The notes: a model not told the origin generated them from the sequence alone. 53,300 bases of DNA from Octopus bimaculoides (GCF_001194135.2 NC_068995.1:37790196-37843495); one strand, 5' to 3'; shown: positions 23,385 through 37,752, numbered from the stretch's first letter. Numbers and translations are program-made.

Positions 23385-24371
23385 TATAAGGAGTTGCAAA
23401 TATAAGTAGACAATAAGTGGGAAAAATTAATATTTACTTAATCACTTCCCAACCAAGCTCCAATTACTAGCAAAAACGCGTGCGGTATAGTGATGTGGTG
23501 GAACACGATTCCTATACGATTTGCCAATTCTGGTTGTTTTCCTTTAATTGCATCCTCTAGTTTCAATAGCTGTTGACAGTAAACATCTGAGTTGATCGTT
23601 TGGTTCCTTGGAAGTAGCTCAAAATACACAACACTTTTGTAATCCCACCAAATTGACAACATTACCTTTTTGTTGAGGCAATTTAACTTCCGATGTGGTT
23701 TGTGCTGGTTCATTACGCGAGGACCATGATTGTCTTCGATTATTGCTATTGTAGACAACCCATTTCTCATCACCAGCGATGATTTGCTTAAAACAAGGTC
23801 GATTTCATTGCATTTGAGAAGCATATCGCAAATATTGATTCGTTGTGTTGAGTGAATCTCTTTATGTGGAACCCAAATATCGAGCTTCTTGATGAGTCCA
23901 AGTCATTTTAAGTGTTTTTCAACTGTTGTATGTGGTACATTTAACCTCTCTACAATCTCCCGTGCAGTTATATGACAATTAGATTCAATTGTGGCTTTGA
24001 TTCGGTCATTATCATCTTCTGTAGATCGTCCAGAGCGTTCTTCAACTTTCAGTGAAAAATCTCCAGAACGGAATTTTTGAAGTCATTTTTGACATGTACA
24101 TTCTGTTAAGCAATCAATATCATAAACTTCACATATATCTTTGTGAGCCTCAGCAGCAGTCTTGCCTTTATAGAAATAAAAAAAGCAAAATATGGCGAAC
24201 ATGTTCGTTTTTGCACCCTATGTTAAAATTTACACTGAAATAGCAGCTGTAAACAAAATTAGGCGCAGTTTGCTTCTAAAGTAAACTAAAATTGACAAAG
24301 CTTAAAAAAAAAAAAAAATTGTAACTCTATCCATTTGCGAAAATTAGAATTACTTCCTTGCCAACCTTATA
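23385..24371 (-). mobile_element. Decayed mariner element
   Basis: KKVMLSIWWDYKSVVYFELLPRNQTINSDVYCQQLLKLEDAIKGKQPELANRIGIVFHH. The ends resemble diverged TIRs (tataagg..ttg.caa). Confidence 0.85.
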
Positions 24372-25115
24372 TACATATATGTATATATATANNNNNNNNN
24401 NNNNNNNNNNNNNNNNNNNNNNNNNNNNNNNNNNNNNNNNNNNNNNNNNNNNNNNNNNNNNNNNNNNNNNNNNNNNNNNNNNNNNNNNNNNNNNNNNNNN
24501 NNNNNNNNNNNNNNNNNNNNNNNNNNNNNNNNNNNNNNNNNNNNNNNNNNNNNNNNNNNNNNNNNNNNNNNNNNNNNNNNNNNNNNNNNNNNNNNNNNNN
24601 NNNNNNNNNNNNNNNNNNNNNNNNNNNNNNNNNNNNNNNNNNNNNNNNNNNNNNNNNNNNNNNNNNNNNNNNNNNNNNNNNNNNNNNNNNNNNNNNNNNN
24701 NNNNNNNNNNNNNNNNNNNNNNNNNNNNNNNNNNNNNNNNNNNNNNNNNNNNNNNNNNNNNNNNNNNNNNNNNNNNNNNNNNNNNNNNNNNNNNNNNNNN
24801 NNNNNNNNNNNNNNNNNNNNNNNNNNNNNNNNNNNNNNNNNNNNNNNNNNNNNNNNNNNNNNNNNNNNNNNNNNNNNNNNNNNNNNNNNNNNNNNNNNNN
24901 NNNNNNNNNNNNNNNNNNNNNNNNNNNNNNNNNNNNNNNNNNNNNNNNNNNNNNNNNNNNNNNNNNNNNNNNNNNNNNNNNNNNNNNNNNNNNNNNNNNN
25001 NNNNNNNNNNNNNNNNNNNNNNNNNNNNNNNNNNNNNNNNNNNNNNNNNNNNNNNNNNNNNNNNNNNNNNNNNNNNNNNNNNNNNNNNNNNNNNNNNNNN
25101 NNNNNNNNNATATAT

Positions 25116-25277
25116 ACGACGGGCTTCTTTCAGTTTCCGTCTACCAAATCCACTCACAAGGCCTTGGTCGGCCCGAGGCTATAGTAGAAGACACTTGCCC
25201 AAGGTGCCACGCAGTGGGACTGAACCCGGAACCATGTGGTTGGTAAGCAAGCTACTTACCACACAGCCACTCCTGCG

Positions 25278-25282
<5 letters not shown>
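25116..25282 (-). mobile_element. Well-preserved tRNA-related SINE; relatives at ~8355-8420, 20021-20168 and ~34010-34140
   Basis: Minus strand reads aggcgcaggagtggctgtgtggtaag (A-box-like)...gggttcagtccca (B-box-like)...gcaccttgggcaagtg...gaagcccgtcg, flanked by TA repeats. Confidence 0.85.
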
Positions 25283-25310
<28 letters not shown>

Positions 25311-25419
25311 TCATGCATATATTTGCATATATGAACAAGGGAACCTAGTAAATCTTTTATACATTCCTAAGTACGTGTATGCCTATATAATGCTTATATT
25401 CATATCTACCTATGTAAAC

Positions 25420-25451
<32 letters not shown>

Positions 25452-27239
25452 GCGCACACACATACACACACTCTCTCACTCTTTCACACGCACATACACA
25501 CACACATGATATATGCTTGAATCTTCAACACGTGTACATTCACATACGCGTAAATATATATAAGCGTACAAGTGCGTGTGTGTGCGTACTTGTGCGTATC
25601 TGTTTATTTACGATCAAACGTGTGCACATGGCAGAGTACTTCTTTGGCTTACATTTATGACCGTTCTCAGAGAAAGGTATTCTCACTGGAATATATAAAA
25701 AGTTATACCTGTTTGCAAATATAGGTCATTTATAGTATATACAGTGTTGTAGTGCTATTCATATGCAAGTAATAAGAAAAACAAATATATGATTAATTGA
25801 TTTACTTAGGACACAGAAACCACAAAAATAGGTTTTTAAAGAGACGCACTTGTATAGGAAGTATGCATATATGTATGTGAAAAATAGGGGCTTAGGGTTG
25901 TATAGTTATTAAGACTAATCAAATAAAATATAGTTAAATGTAAAGTTAAAATACATTATATACAAAACTAATAGGGCCTAATCTGTATATGTGTTAAACT
26001 TGTGAAGTTAAGTAATTATATATGTATGATAAAAGCGGGATTGATACTGAAAGAAGTAAAATAAATATATTACTTGATACCATATTCAAATCTAAATATT
26101 TCTCTATTTGAACAATAAAAAGATGATAATATGGAACAAATCTAAATGTATGTGTTTACATGGCACACACCCTGGTGTTTATAGAAAAAAACTGAAGTAT
26201 TAATTTGACGATATGTAGTGAGACTGTGATATGACTGTATCAGACAAAGTAAGTAATACAAGTTCGGGACATGACAGGATATGGAGTCTAGGAATTTATA
26301 AGACAGGAGTGCAAATAGGAGTAAATGTAATGAAGAGCAGACAAAGTCTGATACGTTAATAGAAAAAAAACATGTTACACAAATGTGGAATATATGTTTG
26401 AAATATCAATACCCGGTTGGCTTCAGATATATTTCTAGTTATTCATATAATTCTTTATTTCGGAATAGAGATAATTGTGTAGGCATTATATATCTCCCTA
26501 GTAAGAGGAGGAAGCATTTGAAGTGGTGATGCAAAAGTGGATTCTATAATTTTCCGGTTAATATAGTAGCGATGAACACCATTGTCCTTCACATTGCTGT
26601 TTGTAGAAAGGTTTGTTGCACCTGTTTTATGCTGTACCTAAATAAAAATATATGTTGTATACACCTGCATATGAATGTAATTGGTCTTTAGTGTGATGCA
26701 CATATGGCATTTTGTATTGCTATTTCCTATTATCTAGCAAGATATATGAACATTTATTTTCTTTTTTGACAGAGTGAGGTTGACTAGTGGGGCATTGTAG
26801 TGTTGGATCCGTTTTGAATTTCTATGCCATAATTTCTTTATAGTAGTAATGACTAGGTCGAAAATTTACACTAAACATTTTCTTCAATTCGTTTGCTACT
26901 ACTTTTATTTCAAATATTAAGGGGGATATCTGAGCAGGTATTCAAGCCATATTATACTAAATAATATTCATACCTCTTTATAGTAAAACATTTAGTACTT
27001 TGCATAGGATTCTATTTTTTACTTTTTGTGTCCGTGAAACATCTCCTAGTGGAACCTCATTCTATATTTGTGCTATACTGATAAATATTTCTTTAACTCA
27101 AATATACTTATAATCCTTTAACTCACATTATCAATTGGTTTCTTGGTATTTACGGAGTGACTGGAGCATTAACAGTTACCGGATAACATGTCCAGAATTC
27201 TTTTATTAAATAGTGGATAAGTAGAAGACTTCAAGTTGA

Positions 27240-27890
27240 GATTAATGTGTAAGATTGTAACAATGCAAACATCAGTTCTGAAACTAAAGGTTTACGAACT
27301 TTAAAGCGAGTGAGGCCATTTTCTATTAAGTGTATTCATCAAAGATTATTGCATGAAACTTAGGACGTTATCTAAAATAAATAAATCTGTTAGATAACAA
27401 ACCACTGATCCAATGACGAGTAACACTGGAATATCGATGTATCAGCGTTATGTTCACCAAATAAAATACATTTAAGAAAGAAGGAATTTTACCATCGTAC
27501 GTAACAATTTAAATATTTAAATGAGTAATTGGAGTGTTTGACTATGGCTAAAACCAACTTCCTATTAAATTGGGATCAGAAACAATGAAGAACAATTCTG
27601 CGATGTCAGAAAGCAATAATTATTCACACTTTTCACATATTTAAATGACTCTCATTATACTGTATACAGTGAGTATTATTTTTATATATGAAGTCAAATA
27701 CATGTATATTATTATAACACAAACTATTGTAGAATGTTGTGATTTTGTAGCACAATGACATTTAAATATTTACACACAACTTGAAATAAAACATATTGAT
27801 TTGTCTGTGTTTCCCATAATAAAATTACTTTATCGAATATTGACTGATTTCAAAAATCGGTGTGTCTCTGTCTTATTAAATTTCTGTATA
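27240..27890 (+). other. Non-coding block paralogous to 50380-51030
   Basis: Colinear anchors: taacaat.caaac, ga.gcca.ttt..a.taagtgt, att.ttgcatgaaa.ttag, tccaatga, ggaattt.acc, gtcagaaagc, ttaaatgactc, tttttatatatgaagt, ttataacacaaactatt, ttattaaatttctgt. Confidence 0.75.
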
Positions 27891-30800
27891 TAAATCAGAA
27901 TTACGATTGATGCCAACAGTCACGATGATGACAACAAAGACAAAGAAGCGGATGCTGAGGAATTGTGTCAATGATGGTGATGGGGAGGAGGAGGAGGAGG
28001 AGAAGAGGGAGTAGAAGGAACAGCATGAGGAGCGAGGCTGAGGTGGGGGTGGAGGAGGAGCATGAAGAGACAAAGGAAGCAAATACTGCTGCTGTTGATA
28101 TAATTTCGTAAGTGGAACCTGACTGTGATACGGCTGTATTCCGAGTTTTTTATAATTTTTACCAAAATCAATTGTGGCATGCCAAACGACAATCTACACA
28201 CACGCGCGTGCGCGCATATAGATATAGAGGAAGTCCTTCTCAAAAATGTATTTGCACAATCAATGATTATAAATTTGGTGATTATTAAACTACATTACAT
28301 TTTCAATGTGGAATAGAATCTGCCAAACTGATGAGCATTTGGCTTCAGAGAATGCTGGTAATGCTAAGTAAAGGAGCTGCAAGCACCAAGAATTGTTTCC
28401 TTCGGTATTTATGCGCATTCTTGTTCAAAGGCTGATCATTTGTCGACTGTTGCCTGTTTTGTAGCTTTTATGTATGCTCATAAGGATGTTTCGTGGTGTG
28501 AATTCCGATAACGGTGGTGGGTATTCTACTATTTTTTGTTCAATCCACTTGTTTAATAAGACCCAAACAAGGTAGTGAATGTGGTAGACTGGGGGCAGCT
28601 GTAGGGCTGTGAAAGGAAATTTTTTTGTTCTATTTTATAGCGATTGAAACCCGAACCGCGACATATTAAATTAAGATTCACAAATGAGCCAATTATTATG
28701 CAAATGACAAGTGGTATGATTCCACTGAATTAGACCCCTTCCCCACTATAAAAACGTTTTGGCGCCTAACCCGACCAGGCGGTCTCTGATATTCGCGCAG
28801 AATACCTTGGGCATTTACACAAGACATACCTCTAAGACCCGGCGTATTCGGGCTTTCGAACAGACAACTACGAGTAAGAAAATAATTTCGCACACTTACC
28901 TTTCTAAAGACACAATGCAGTTCTCCCCTATGAATCGGCGGTTTTATTATCAGCATCTTTCTTTAGAAGACAGCCAGTAAATCATATCCAGAAATATATA
29001 TATATATTAAAAGTTAAAAGTTCGAGATTTGCTTCCTTTGTCATACATGTAGCCAGCTAGATCACACGATGATAGTCATTTACAATACAAGACACACCAA
29101 AAAGCAACCACCACACCAAGTGTGACAAAACAAAATGGTGAAAGTTCATTTGTTGCACGGTTGCACCCTACTCTAACTAAATTGTTCTTATGTGATATGC
29201 AGGTTCTAGGCCCCTAGTGTGTGCAATTTTGGTGGTTAACTGAGCCATCTATTTTAGGGTAACCTTAGCAACACGCACAACGTTTGTAGTAAAGTGTGCA
29301 TCTTCTACCAATCTTGCCAAGCAACATTACCGAATCTCCACTTTTAGGTCGGCATCATATTTTTTGAGGGCATTGATTTATTTTGGAATGTAATTTTTAT
29401 CAGCTGTTAATGATTATATACATTCCACGGAGAAACTGTATATTCAACATATCTTCTACGTCTTCTTTAGCTAAATACCTTCCATAAAACAATCGGTAAC
29501 CAGAGACTGGGGACAAAGCCAACTCATAACGATCGATCCATACCACACGATGCAGATGCTGGAAATATAAGTAGACATTAAATAGAGAAATTTATTATTG
29601 ATTTAATTGTATAGAGCAACTAGCCAGATATTATAAATTACTCTATCAATACAGATCAAAAGGATGTTACCCGTGCACTATAGATTTTTAACAAAATGTA
29701 GATAAACGAACATGCTGGCGAGATTTATGGAACCATCGTCACTGACGTTCAGCCTGGTGAGAATGGTGCGACATGTCTTTATTGGTAAGCATAAAACTTG
29801 CGTTGTCGGAGTTTTAGTGCGCATTTTGGTGGCAGAAACTCAATGAAACGAAGGAAGAATTATGTCATAAACAGATAGGGTATACTGGACGCGTGTATTG
29901 AATTTCTGGTAGATATAGGCGTTTTATGTATAGTTCTTTCGCCGGTATTCGGAGACGGTGGATTTTATGCCTAAATAGATAGAAGAGGTAAGGTGTTACA
30001 TGTAAAGAAAAGTAAGCTAATCCAAGTTTGGAATGGTTGTGTGTGAACAATTTTCAGCTTTTTCTATTTTCTAATTTATTGCAACGACGAGCGGATTAGG
30101 AGGAATTGTAACTAAATATAATAATAGGGTAACTCAGTGGCAAATCTAGTAGGAACCATACCATTGATTGTCTATTAATCCATGAAGACCTCAAACTCTT
30201 AAGAAATGCCTGAGAGAATGTTGTTAATAAACCGGTTTCTCGTGTCTCACCGGATGAGCATAAATGAATCTAAAACGTTTAGAAATAACAAATTTATATA
30301 TCTAGTAGCTATTTTGGATGCATCTAATATTTATCCAGGTGACAGAGTATCAAATCGTTCTATATAGCGCGTTAATGAAATATTGTGGAAGCACATATTC
30401 AGTTTACCAATGTGTATGTATGTATGTATGTATGTATGTATGTATGTATGTATGCATGTATGTATGCATGCATGTATGTATGTGTGTATGTGTGTATGTA
30501 TGTATGNNNNNNNNNNNNNNNNNNNNNNNNNNNNNNNNNNNNNNNNNNNNNNNNNNNNNNNNNNNNNNNNNNNNNNNNNNNNNNNNNNNNNNNNNNNNNN
30601 NNNNNNNNNNNNNNNNNNNNNNNNNNNNNNNNNNNNNNNNNNNNNNNNNNNNNNNNNNNNNNNNNNNNNNNNNNNNNNNNNNNNNNNNNNNNNNNNNNNN
30701 NNNNNNNNNNNNNNNNNNNNNNNNNNNNNNNNNNNNNNNNNNNNNNNNNNNNNNNNNNNNNNNNNNNNNNNNNNNNNNNNNNNNNNNNNNNNNNNNTTGC

Positions 30801-31824
30801 ATGCTTTCAACGAATGGGAAATCGAAATCATGCGTAAACGACTCCTTTCGCCAGAAAAGGAAAGATTTGGCAGCTATTCCTTGCAAACCCTGTTAATACG
30901 TAATAGGTATTTCGGATCGTTTATCGCAAATAGCAGTTACATGGTAGCAGGGAGTGTTAGAAATAGCAGCTAAATCTTTGGAGGTGAGATAAGTTGAAAG
31001 CACTCGAAAAAGACTATAGAAAAAAAAACTATTTCACACCGAGGTTACGAACGGGTCTTTTCCGAAACATTTACCGTATTTTTAAAGTCATTTTCACTTT
31101 AAAACATATTTTAAATATTCCAATAAATACACTTGAAAGTAATTTTAAAAAACATTAAAATATTGTCTGTTTAAAGAAAGCTAAAATATAAATACTTCGT
31201 GTACGAACAACTTATATCTTTGAAATCACATTCGCTTAAGAATATTTCTAAATGATTAAAATATTGTGTTTAACAAAAGCCAAAATAGAAACATTTGGTG
31301 TAAAAAGCAAATCATATTTTTTCGTTAAGTCACTTTGTTAATACGAAAGTTAAGAGTTTCATCCCTTTCATGGTTAAGTTATTTTCGGAATGTTTTCCCA
31401 TTATGTACCGTTTTGGGAATTTGTGCCTTTGAAACCCCTAATATCTCAACATCCACTTGTCCTATTGACATGAATCTTGTCATTCCATACGTGTTCCGTC
31501 TGTATTCGCATTTCAAGAGGTACTTAATTCATAACATTTTTCCATTATATGCCAGTTTGGCATGGGTAACATTGCAAACAAGCAATATTCAAGTTAGCTT
31601 TTAATGTATTACAGATGTATAAAGGAATTATTTATAACAAGGACTCTTCTTCTAAGCATCACGTTTGCTAAGTATTGGAGTTAAAATACTCTAAAGCTAC
31701 AAGAATTAGCACTGAATTTTCGCAGGCATGTTTATATATCATTCCTGTTATATATATTTTTATTGGAAAAGCGCATTTGTTATATTTAGTTCTTTTATAT
31801 ATATTTACTAATTTTGTATATATG

Positions 31825-31888
<64 letters not shown>

Positions 31889-32504
31889 AGGGGTTTGTAT
31901 GATAGAGGAATATATTATTTAAAAGAGTTCCAACTGTGTCTGTTTTTTTATGTTTTATTTATATTATAAAATTAATGTGGGATATAGATTATGGAATATA
32001 TAATATAAATCGTAAAATGAAATGAAGTATTGAATGTCTTATTGAATATATGAAATATTGAATATTAAATCAATATAAGGATTAGTATACTTTCCTGCTT
32101 TATAGCAGTCATCAAGTCTGACAGATGCATATATGGTAAAAAGTTTCTTTTTGAAGACCAACAGCTGTATTTGCATACCACTATCTCCTCTCCAGGCCAC
32201 CGAAGTGAAAAGCAAAGGTTGGTACCTCATGACACCAGTGACGTCGCATCTCATTTGTACAGCTGAATTAACAGGTTAACAGGAGCAACGTGAAATAAAG
32301 TGCTTTGCGCATGGGGACAGCATATAGCTAGCTCCGGGAATCGACCTTACAACCTCGAGACGGGGCTCTAACCACACACATATATAAACATATATGTATA
32401 AACATCGTCAATCGATCACATAATAAATTTACTGCCACATATCGTCCGGAGAAAGCAGCCCAAATGACGCTGAGTTTCAAAGAACACCTGAACGCCACAA
32501 GCGA

Positions 32505-32720
32505 AGAGAGGTGAATATAGATATTTCCGTCTTGAACGGGGTCGATAAATGGTCTCGAAATGACCAGTCTGAAACCTTGACACTCTGAGTTTCCATGTGG
32601 AGTAAGGTTTCCTTCATCTCTCCATGGATTTCCGGGGCTCGTTTGCCTTGCAAAAAGCGGAACTTCAAGACTGCCTGTGCTTTAATTTTACCAAAATTCA
32701 TTGTAAGAACTACCACCATG
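32505..32720 (-). mobile_element. mariner fragment (N-terminal HTH plus a terminal remnant)
   Basis: MNFGKIKAQAVLKFRFLQGKRAPEIHGEMKETL. Confidence 0.65.
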
Positions 32721-33428
32721 CGTTGACACTTCTGACACAAAAGAGGCTTTTGTATACCATGATGATTTTCTTTTGCATATCTTTTCCTGGATAGGTATAC
32801 TATTACCACCGTAAATGTAACAACTCTAACTTTTCGTGATAGCTTTAAGTTAGGAACGTTCCAGCACCCGCCTCGCATATTACAATGTAACGATATTGTA
32901 TCGATCAATTGCTGTTATATGTCGATGAACATAAATCCTTTGAGTAATGGTAGTTACTTGGCGAGGCGAGCAGACACACAATCCCACTTAACTGAGCACT
33001 AGTCTATCGCAGGGCAGATGTCAGGCGATCCCATATATATATANNNNNNNNNNNNNNNNNNNNNNNNNNNNNNNNNNNNNNNNNNNNNNNNNNNNNNNNN
33101 NNNNNNNNNNNNNNNNNNNNNNNNNNNNNNNNNNNNNNNNNNNNNNNNNNNNNNNNNNNNNNNNNNNNNNNNNNNNNNNNNNNNNNNNNNNNNNNNNNNN
33201 NNNNNNNNNNNNNNNNNNNNNNNNNNNNNNNNNNNNNNNNNNNNNNNNNNNNNNNNNNNNNNNNNNNNNNNNNNNNNNNNNNNNNNNNNNNNNNNNNNNN
33301 NNNNNNNNNNNNNNNNNNNNNNNNNNNNNNNNNNNNNNNNNNNNNNNNNNNNNNNNNNNTGTGTGTGTGTGTGTGCGTGTGTGTTTATATATGTATGTAT
33401 ATATATATTCTTTTTTTTAATATATAAG

Positions 33429-33597
33429 GGCGGCGAGCTGGCAGAATCGTTAGCGCACCGGGCGTAATGCTTAGGGGTATTTCGTCTACCGCTACGTTCT
33501 GAGTTCAAATTCTGCCGAGGTTGACTTTGCCTTTCATCATTTCGGGGTCGATAAATTAAGTACCAGTTAGGAACTGGGGTCGATGTAATTGACTTAA
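33429..33597 (+). mobile_element. tRNA-derived SINE with a Deu/Nin-like central domain; sister copy at 44705-44905
   Basis: A-box-like ggcagaatcgttag, B-box gagttcaaatt, and gcctttcatc.tttcggggtcgataa.ttaagtaccagtt shared with the 44.8 kb copy. Confidence 0.75.
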
Positions 33598-33895
33598 ACT
33601 CTTTGTCTGTCTTTGTTTCTCCCCTTCTATGTTAAATATATATGTAAATATATATTTTTCTTTTACTTGTTTGTCTTGTTTCAGCCATATGAGAGCTGCC
33701 ATGCTGCAGCACCGCTTTGAAGGGTCGTAGTCGACCAGATTAAATCCAAGACATCTTATTTTTAAGCCTCGTACTTATTCTATCGGTTTCCATTGCCAAA
33801 CCGTTAAATTTCAACAACAACACCGGTTCCCAACCGGGGTGACGTGGGGGGGGTCACACATGCACATATCTATGCATGTATGCATGTATGTATGC

Positions 33896-33949
<54 letters not shown>

Positions 33950-36307
33950 TTCTCTATCTATCTATTTCTCTAATCTATCTATCTATCTATCTATCTATCA
34001 GTCTATCTATCTAAGAGGATCTTCTGTCAGTTTCAGTCTACCAAATCCACTCACAAGATCTTGGTCGCAACGTGGCTATCTTTGAAGACACTTGCACAGA
34101 ATGCCACGCAGCGGAGCTGAAGCCGGAAGCTAGATTCTTAACACGCAAGCACAATCGCACCCATGCGCACACGCACACACAGGCACACGCGCACAAATAC
34201 ACACACACACATACACACATACACACAAACACGCACAACAACATATTTTGTAATCAATATAGGCGGAACTTACTTCGAAAATGAAAGAAGCATGCTATAT
34301 TCATCTTTTACTTAAGCTATTGTTTGTGATCAATTTGTTGCATGTTTGCGACTTCACAGGGTGTCTTTCAATTAAATGCGTCGAATATAATATTCGTATT
34401 ACTAACACACACACATACACAAATATATAATATANNNNNNNNNNNNNNNNNNNNNNNNNNNNNNNNNNNNNNNNNNNNNNNNNNNNNNNNNNNNNNNNNN
34501 NNNNNNNNNNNNNNNNNNNNNNNNNNNNNNNNNNNNNNNNNNNNNNNNNNNNNNNNNNNNNNNNNNNNNNNNNNNNNNNNNNNNNNNNNNNNNNNNNNNN
34601 NNNNNNNNNNNNNNNNNNNNNNNNNNNNNNNNNNNNNNNNNNNNNNNNNNNNNNNNNNNNNNNNNNNNNNNNNNNNNNNNNNNNNNNNNNNNNNNNNNNN
34701 NNNNNNNNNNNNNNNNNNNNNNNNNNNNNNNNNNNNNNNNNNNNNNNTATATATACATATATATATATATATATATACATACACATATACACACGCATAT
34801 ATCTATATATATACACACATACATGCGCGCACACAAATACACAAGCACTCTCACACACACATATACTTCTATATATGCATATAAACTCATTAACATATTG
34901 GAGTGTGCGTCAAACACACGTATATATATAACCTATGACTTTCAGTTTTTAAGAATATCACTCTGTGTAGCTATTGTGTTTCTACAGTGCATAGAAAAAT
35001 CTGAATTTGTTTTGAACGAATGATTTCAATATATGGTCAGTATCAGAATTTCATGACTTGCTTTTTTTCTGAAATTTCTTTATTTGCTGTAGTTTAAATC
35101 TTTATAGTAATGAACCAACATAGTTCCTGCAGTATTTTCTTTATTTCTTTTCATTTTGCTGTGAACTTATTATACAGAAAATAAGGCTTCGATATCTACA
35201 ATACACCGAAGAAATCAGGTAAATATTTTATTTATAGACTAATGATGATGTGCTAAGGTTATTGTTCTAACATTATTTTATACATGGGCGGTGTGCTCAG
35301 TATGTTCCCGGTAATGTTATGGGTAGGAAACGCTACTTAGGTATACCTAAATTATATCCCATATCTTTCCTATCTGCCGTTTCTATAATGATTTTAGCGA
35401 TTTGGAGTTGGTAAGTCGTACGTTACATATTCTGTGCCACTCCACATATAATTATATCTCTTCCTCTCATCGCCATTATTATCTCCATTCTACTGTACTA
35501 CACATAGAAATATGCATCTTCTTTCATCTCCAAAATGACATCTGGTACAACGTCCTGAAACCGTCGACTTATAATGATACTTAGAGATGTTACTGGTGCC
35601 AATGGTTCCCATTTGCCTATATCATCGGCATGAACGATATCATATGCCTTGTTACAATTGAAAACGGGGATGTATTTGATCTGTTGGACTAAGAGTAGAG
35701 AGTGGAACCTAGAGGTACAGCATAGTTGATTGAATTATAACAGACATAGATCAGCCACCACGACGTGACAATCAGAGATAGCCAGAACACATGGGCAGGA
35801 AGTCACAATAGACGATTTTCAAAACAGGTCTTGAGGATACAATAGTTAAATTTTGCCACCTGCTTCTAGAATAAGAGTCCACATCTCAATTAGTTGACAA
35901 TGTACTCAATTAGTTTGAGATTACGCAGGCTTTATGGCAGTCGAAAAAGATATCGATATGAAAATGAATTTCATAAAAAATAGAAATATTGAAATGATAT
36001 TAAGCACAATATACAGAAATACAAAGATATTCATTTCCTTTCTAATAGAGGGATATAATACTGTATCAATAGTATCTATCATATTATTTTTTTCTAAAAC
36101 ATTGCCAAATATTTTCGACTACATAAATAAAATATTTCTTACATAATATATAATTTCATATCGTATCGTATATATGTATTTTAATATGACCTTTTATATA
36201 AATACAAATACNNNNNNNNNNNNNNNNNNNNNNNNNNNNNNNNNNNNNNNNNNNNNNNNNNNNNNNNNNNNNNNNNNNNNNNNNNNNNNNNNNNNNNNNA
36301 TACTTAC

Positions 36308-36340
<33 letters not shown>

Positions 36341-36354
36341 TACACACACATACA

Positions 36355-36426
<72 letters not shown>

Positions 36427-36459
36427 AGTAATTGAGAATGTATGTCTGTGTGTGTGTGT

Positions 36460-37752
36460 GTGTGTGTGTCTGTGTGAATCCATAAAACTCCAGAACTACA
36501 CAACCAATTTCGTTCAAATTTTACACATGCCTTACTTAGGGTCCCGGTTGTGTTTTAGTCAAAAAGAAAATTTAACTTCCTGCATACTTCCAGACCACAG
36601 CAACATATCTCCTCCGCTCTTTAAGTATTACGTGTCAAAAGTGAAACAAAAGCACTCATGTCATTGGAACCGGAATCTCAAAAACATTGTTATTATTAAA
36701 TTTATGCATTTCTCAATTAATTTGGAGATATTTGCTATCGAGTTGCAGATTTTGAAGAATGCATTTGGTGATTAATTTCTTTATTTCTCGGGCAAAATTT
36801 ACAACTTAGAATAAAAAAATAAAATTATTATTTCATTCAAAAATTGATGAGCTTTGACTTTAGTGATGACTTGAAATGGTAAATATATTTTCTAACTGTA
36901 TATGCTTGAATAAACATAGTTTTCTTTATATTAAGCAATTCATTATAATTACATTTACGATGTGCCTAAATAAAAACCATCGTTATAGATCAGCATTTCT
37001 CAACCTTTTTTGCGATTTGGCTTCCCTTGGACATTGACAAAATTTATTTCGGCTCCCCTGTGTTGATGAAAAATTTAATCCAGCTTCCCATGTATCTGAG
37101 ATAGACCGGCCGGCCCATGACAAATCTGACAAAAGGGGGGACCCGCAGAACTACCAGCTCACGAATTGCTAAGGGATTTAGATGCTCCAATAATGTGCAA
37201 TGGGTACGCGGATGATTATCAAAAAACTGTGCTCCCTTGATCTGTAGGCAACAATCTTGAATGAACCGGCCGCTGGCTAAGACATTCTTATAATTCCCAT
37301 GTCCCTTACTCACTCCGATACGACCTACAAGTTTAAACAGATGCAATTTCCCATCAAACTCTGCTTTCCCATGACAATCAACACGGCGCAAGGACAATCA
37401 GTGCAAGTGGTTGGTTTGAATCTGACAGAGCAAGTATTCTTACACGCACAACTGTACGTTGACTGTCCCCATGGTCTTTCTATTTGTGTACCCGAGGGAA
37501 GGACGAAGAATGTTGTCTACCAAGAGGTACTCTAATGATAACAACGTCAACTTCAACTACTCCAATTTCAACTCCGCAATTTTTTCATCGTTCTGCTTTG
37601 CTCTCCTTACTAACTCACCATGACATTCTTTTTTTCTACCAAGATCCGTCGCCCAAACACTACTTCGTATCCACTTCTTCCTCTTTTTTTTATGTCTTCG
37701 TTTCTCTCTTCGCGTCATTCTCTAACCGGGTGAAACCGGGCTTAGCCGCTAG
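36460..37752 (+). mobile_element. Helitron remnant: PIF1-type helicase C-terminus plus 3' hairpin and CTAG end
   Basis: LPAHEL...CNGTRMIIKKL...FKQMQFPIKLCFPMTINTAQGQSVQVVGLNL...QLYV...KNVVYQEVL (37144-37535). Hairpin ccgg-gtgaaa-ccgg at 37726-39, then CTAG (37749-52) followed by T. The 5' boundary is approximate. Confidence 0.85.

Noticed and set aside
25660-25690. 13-nt inverted match to ~48217-48229 (ttctctgagaacg)
   Set aside because: Homology does not extend convincingly; compatible with chance.
27876-28316. Pro/Ser/His-rich ORFs
   Set aside because: They derive from GGA/GAT low-complexity repeats; no domain is recognisable.
28300-29900. Moderately GC-richer stretch with short ORFs, possibly an old transposon or exon
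   Set aside because: No motif recognised in any frame I translated; it needs a profile search.
30245-30285. ccggatgagcataaatgaatctaaaacg as another hammerhead
   Set aside because: Both core segments are mutated and the stems are unconvincing.
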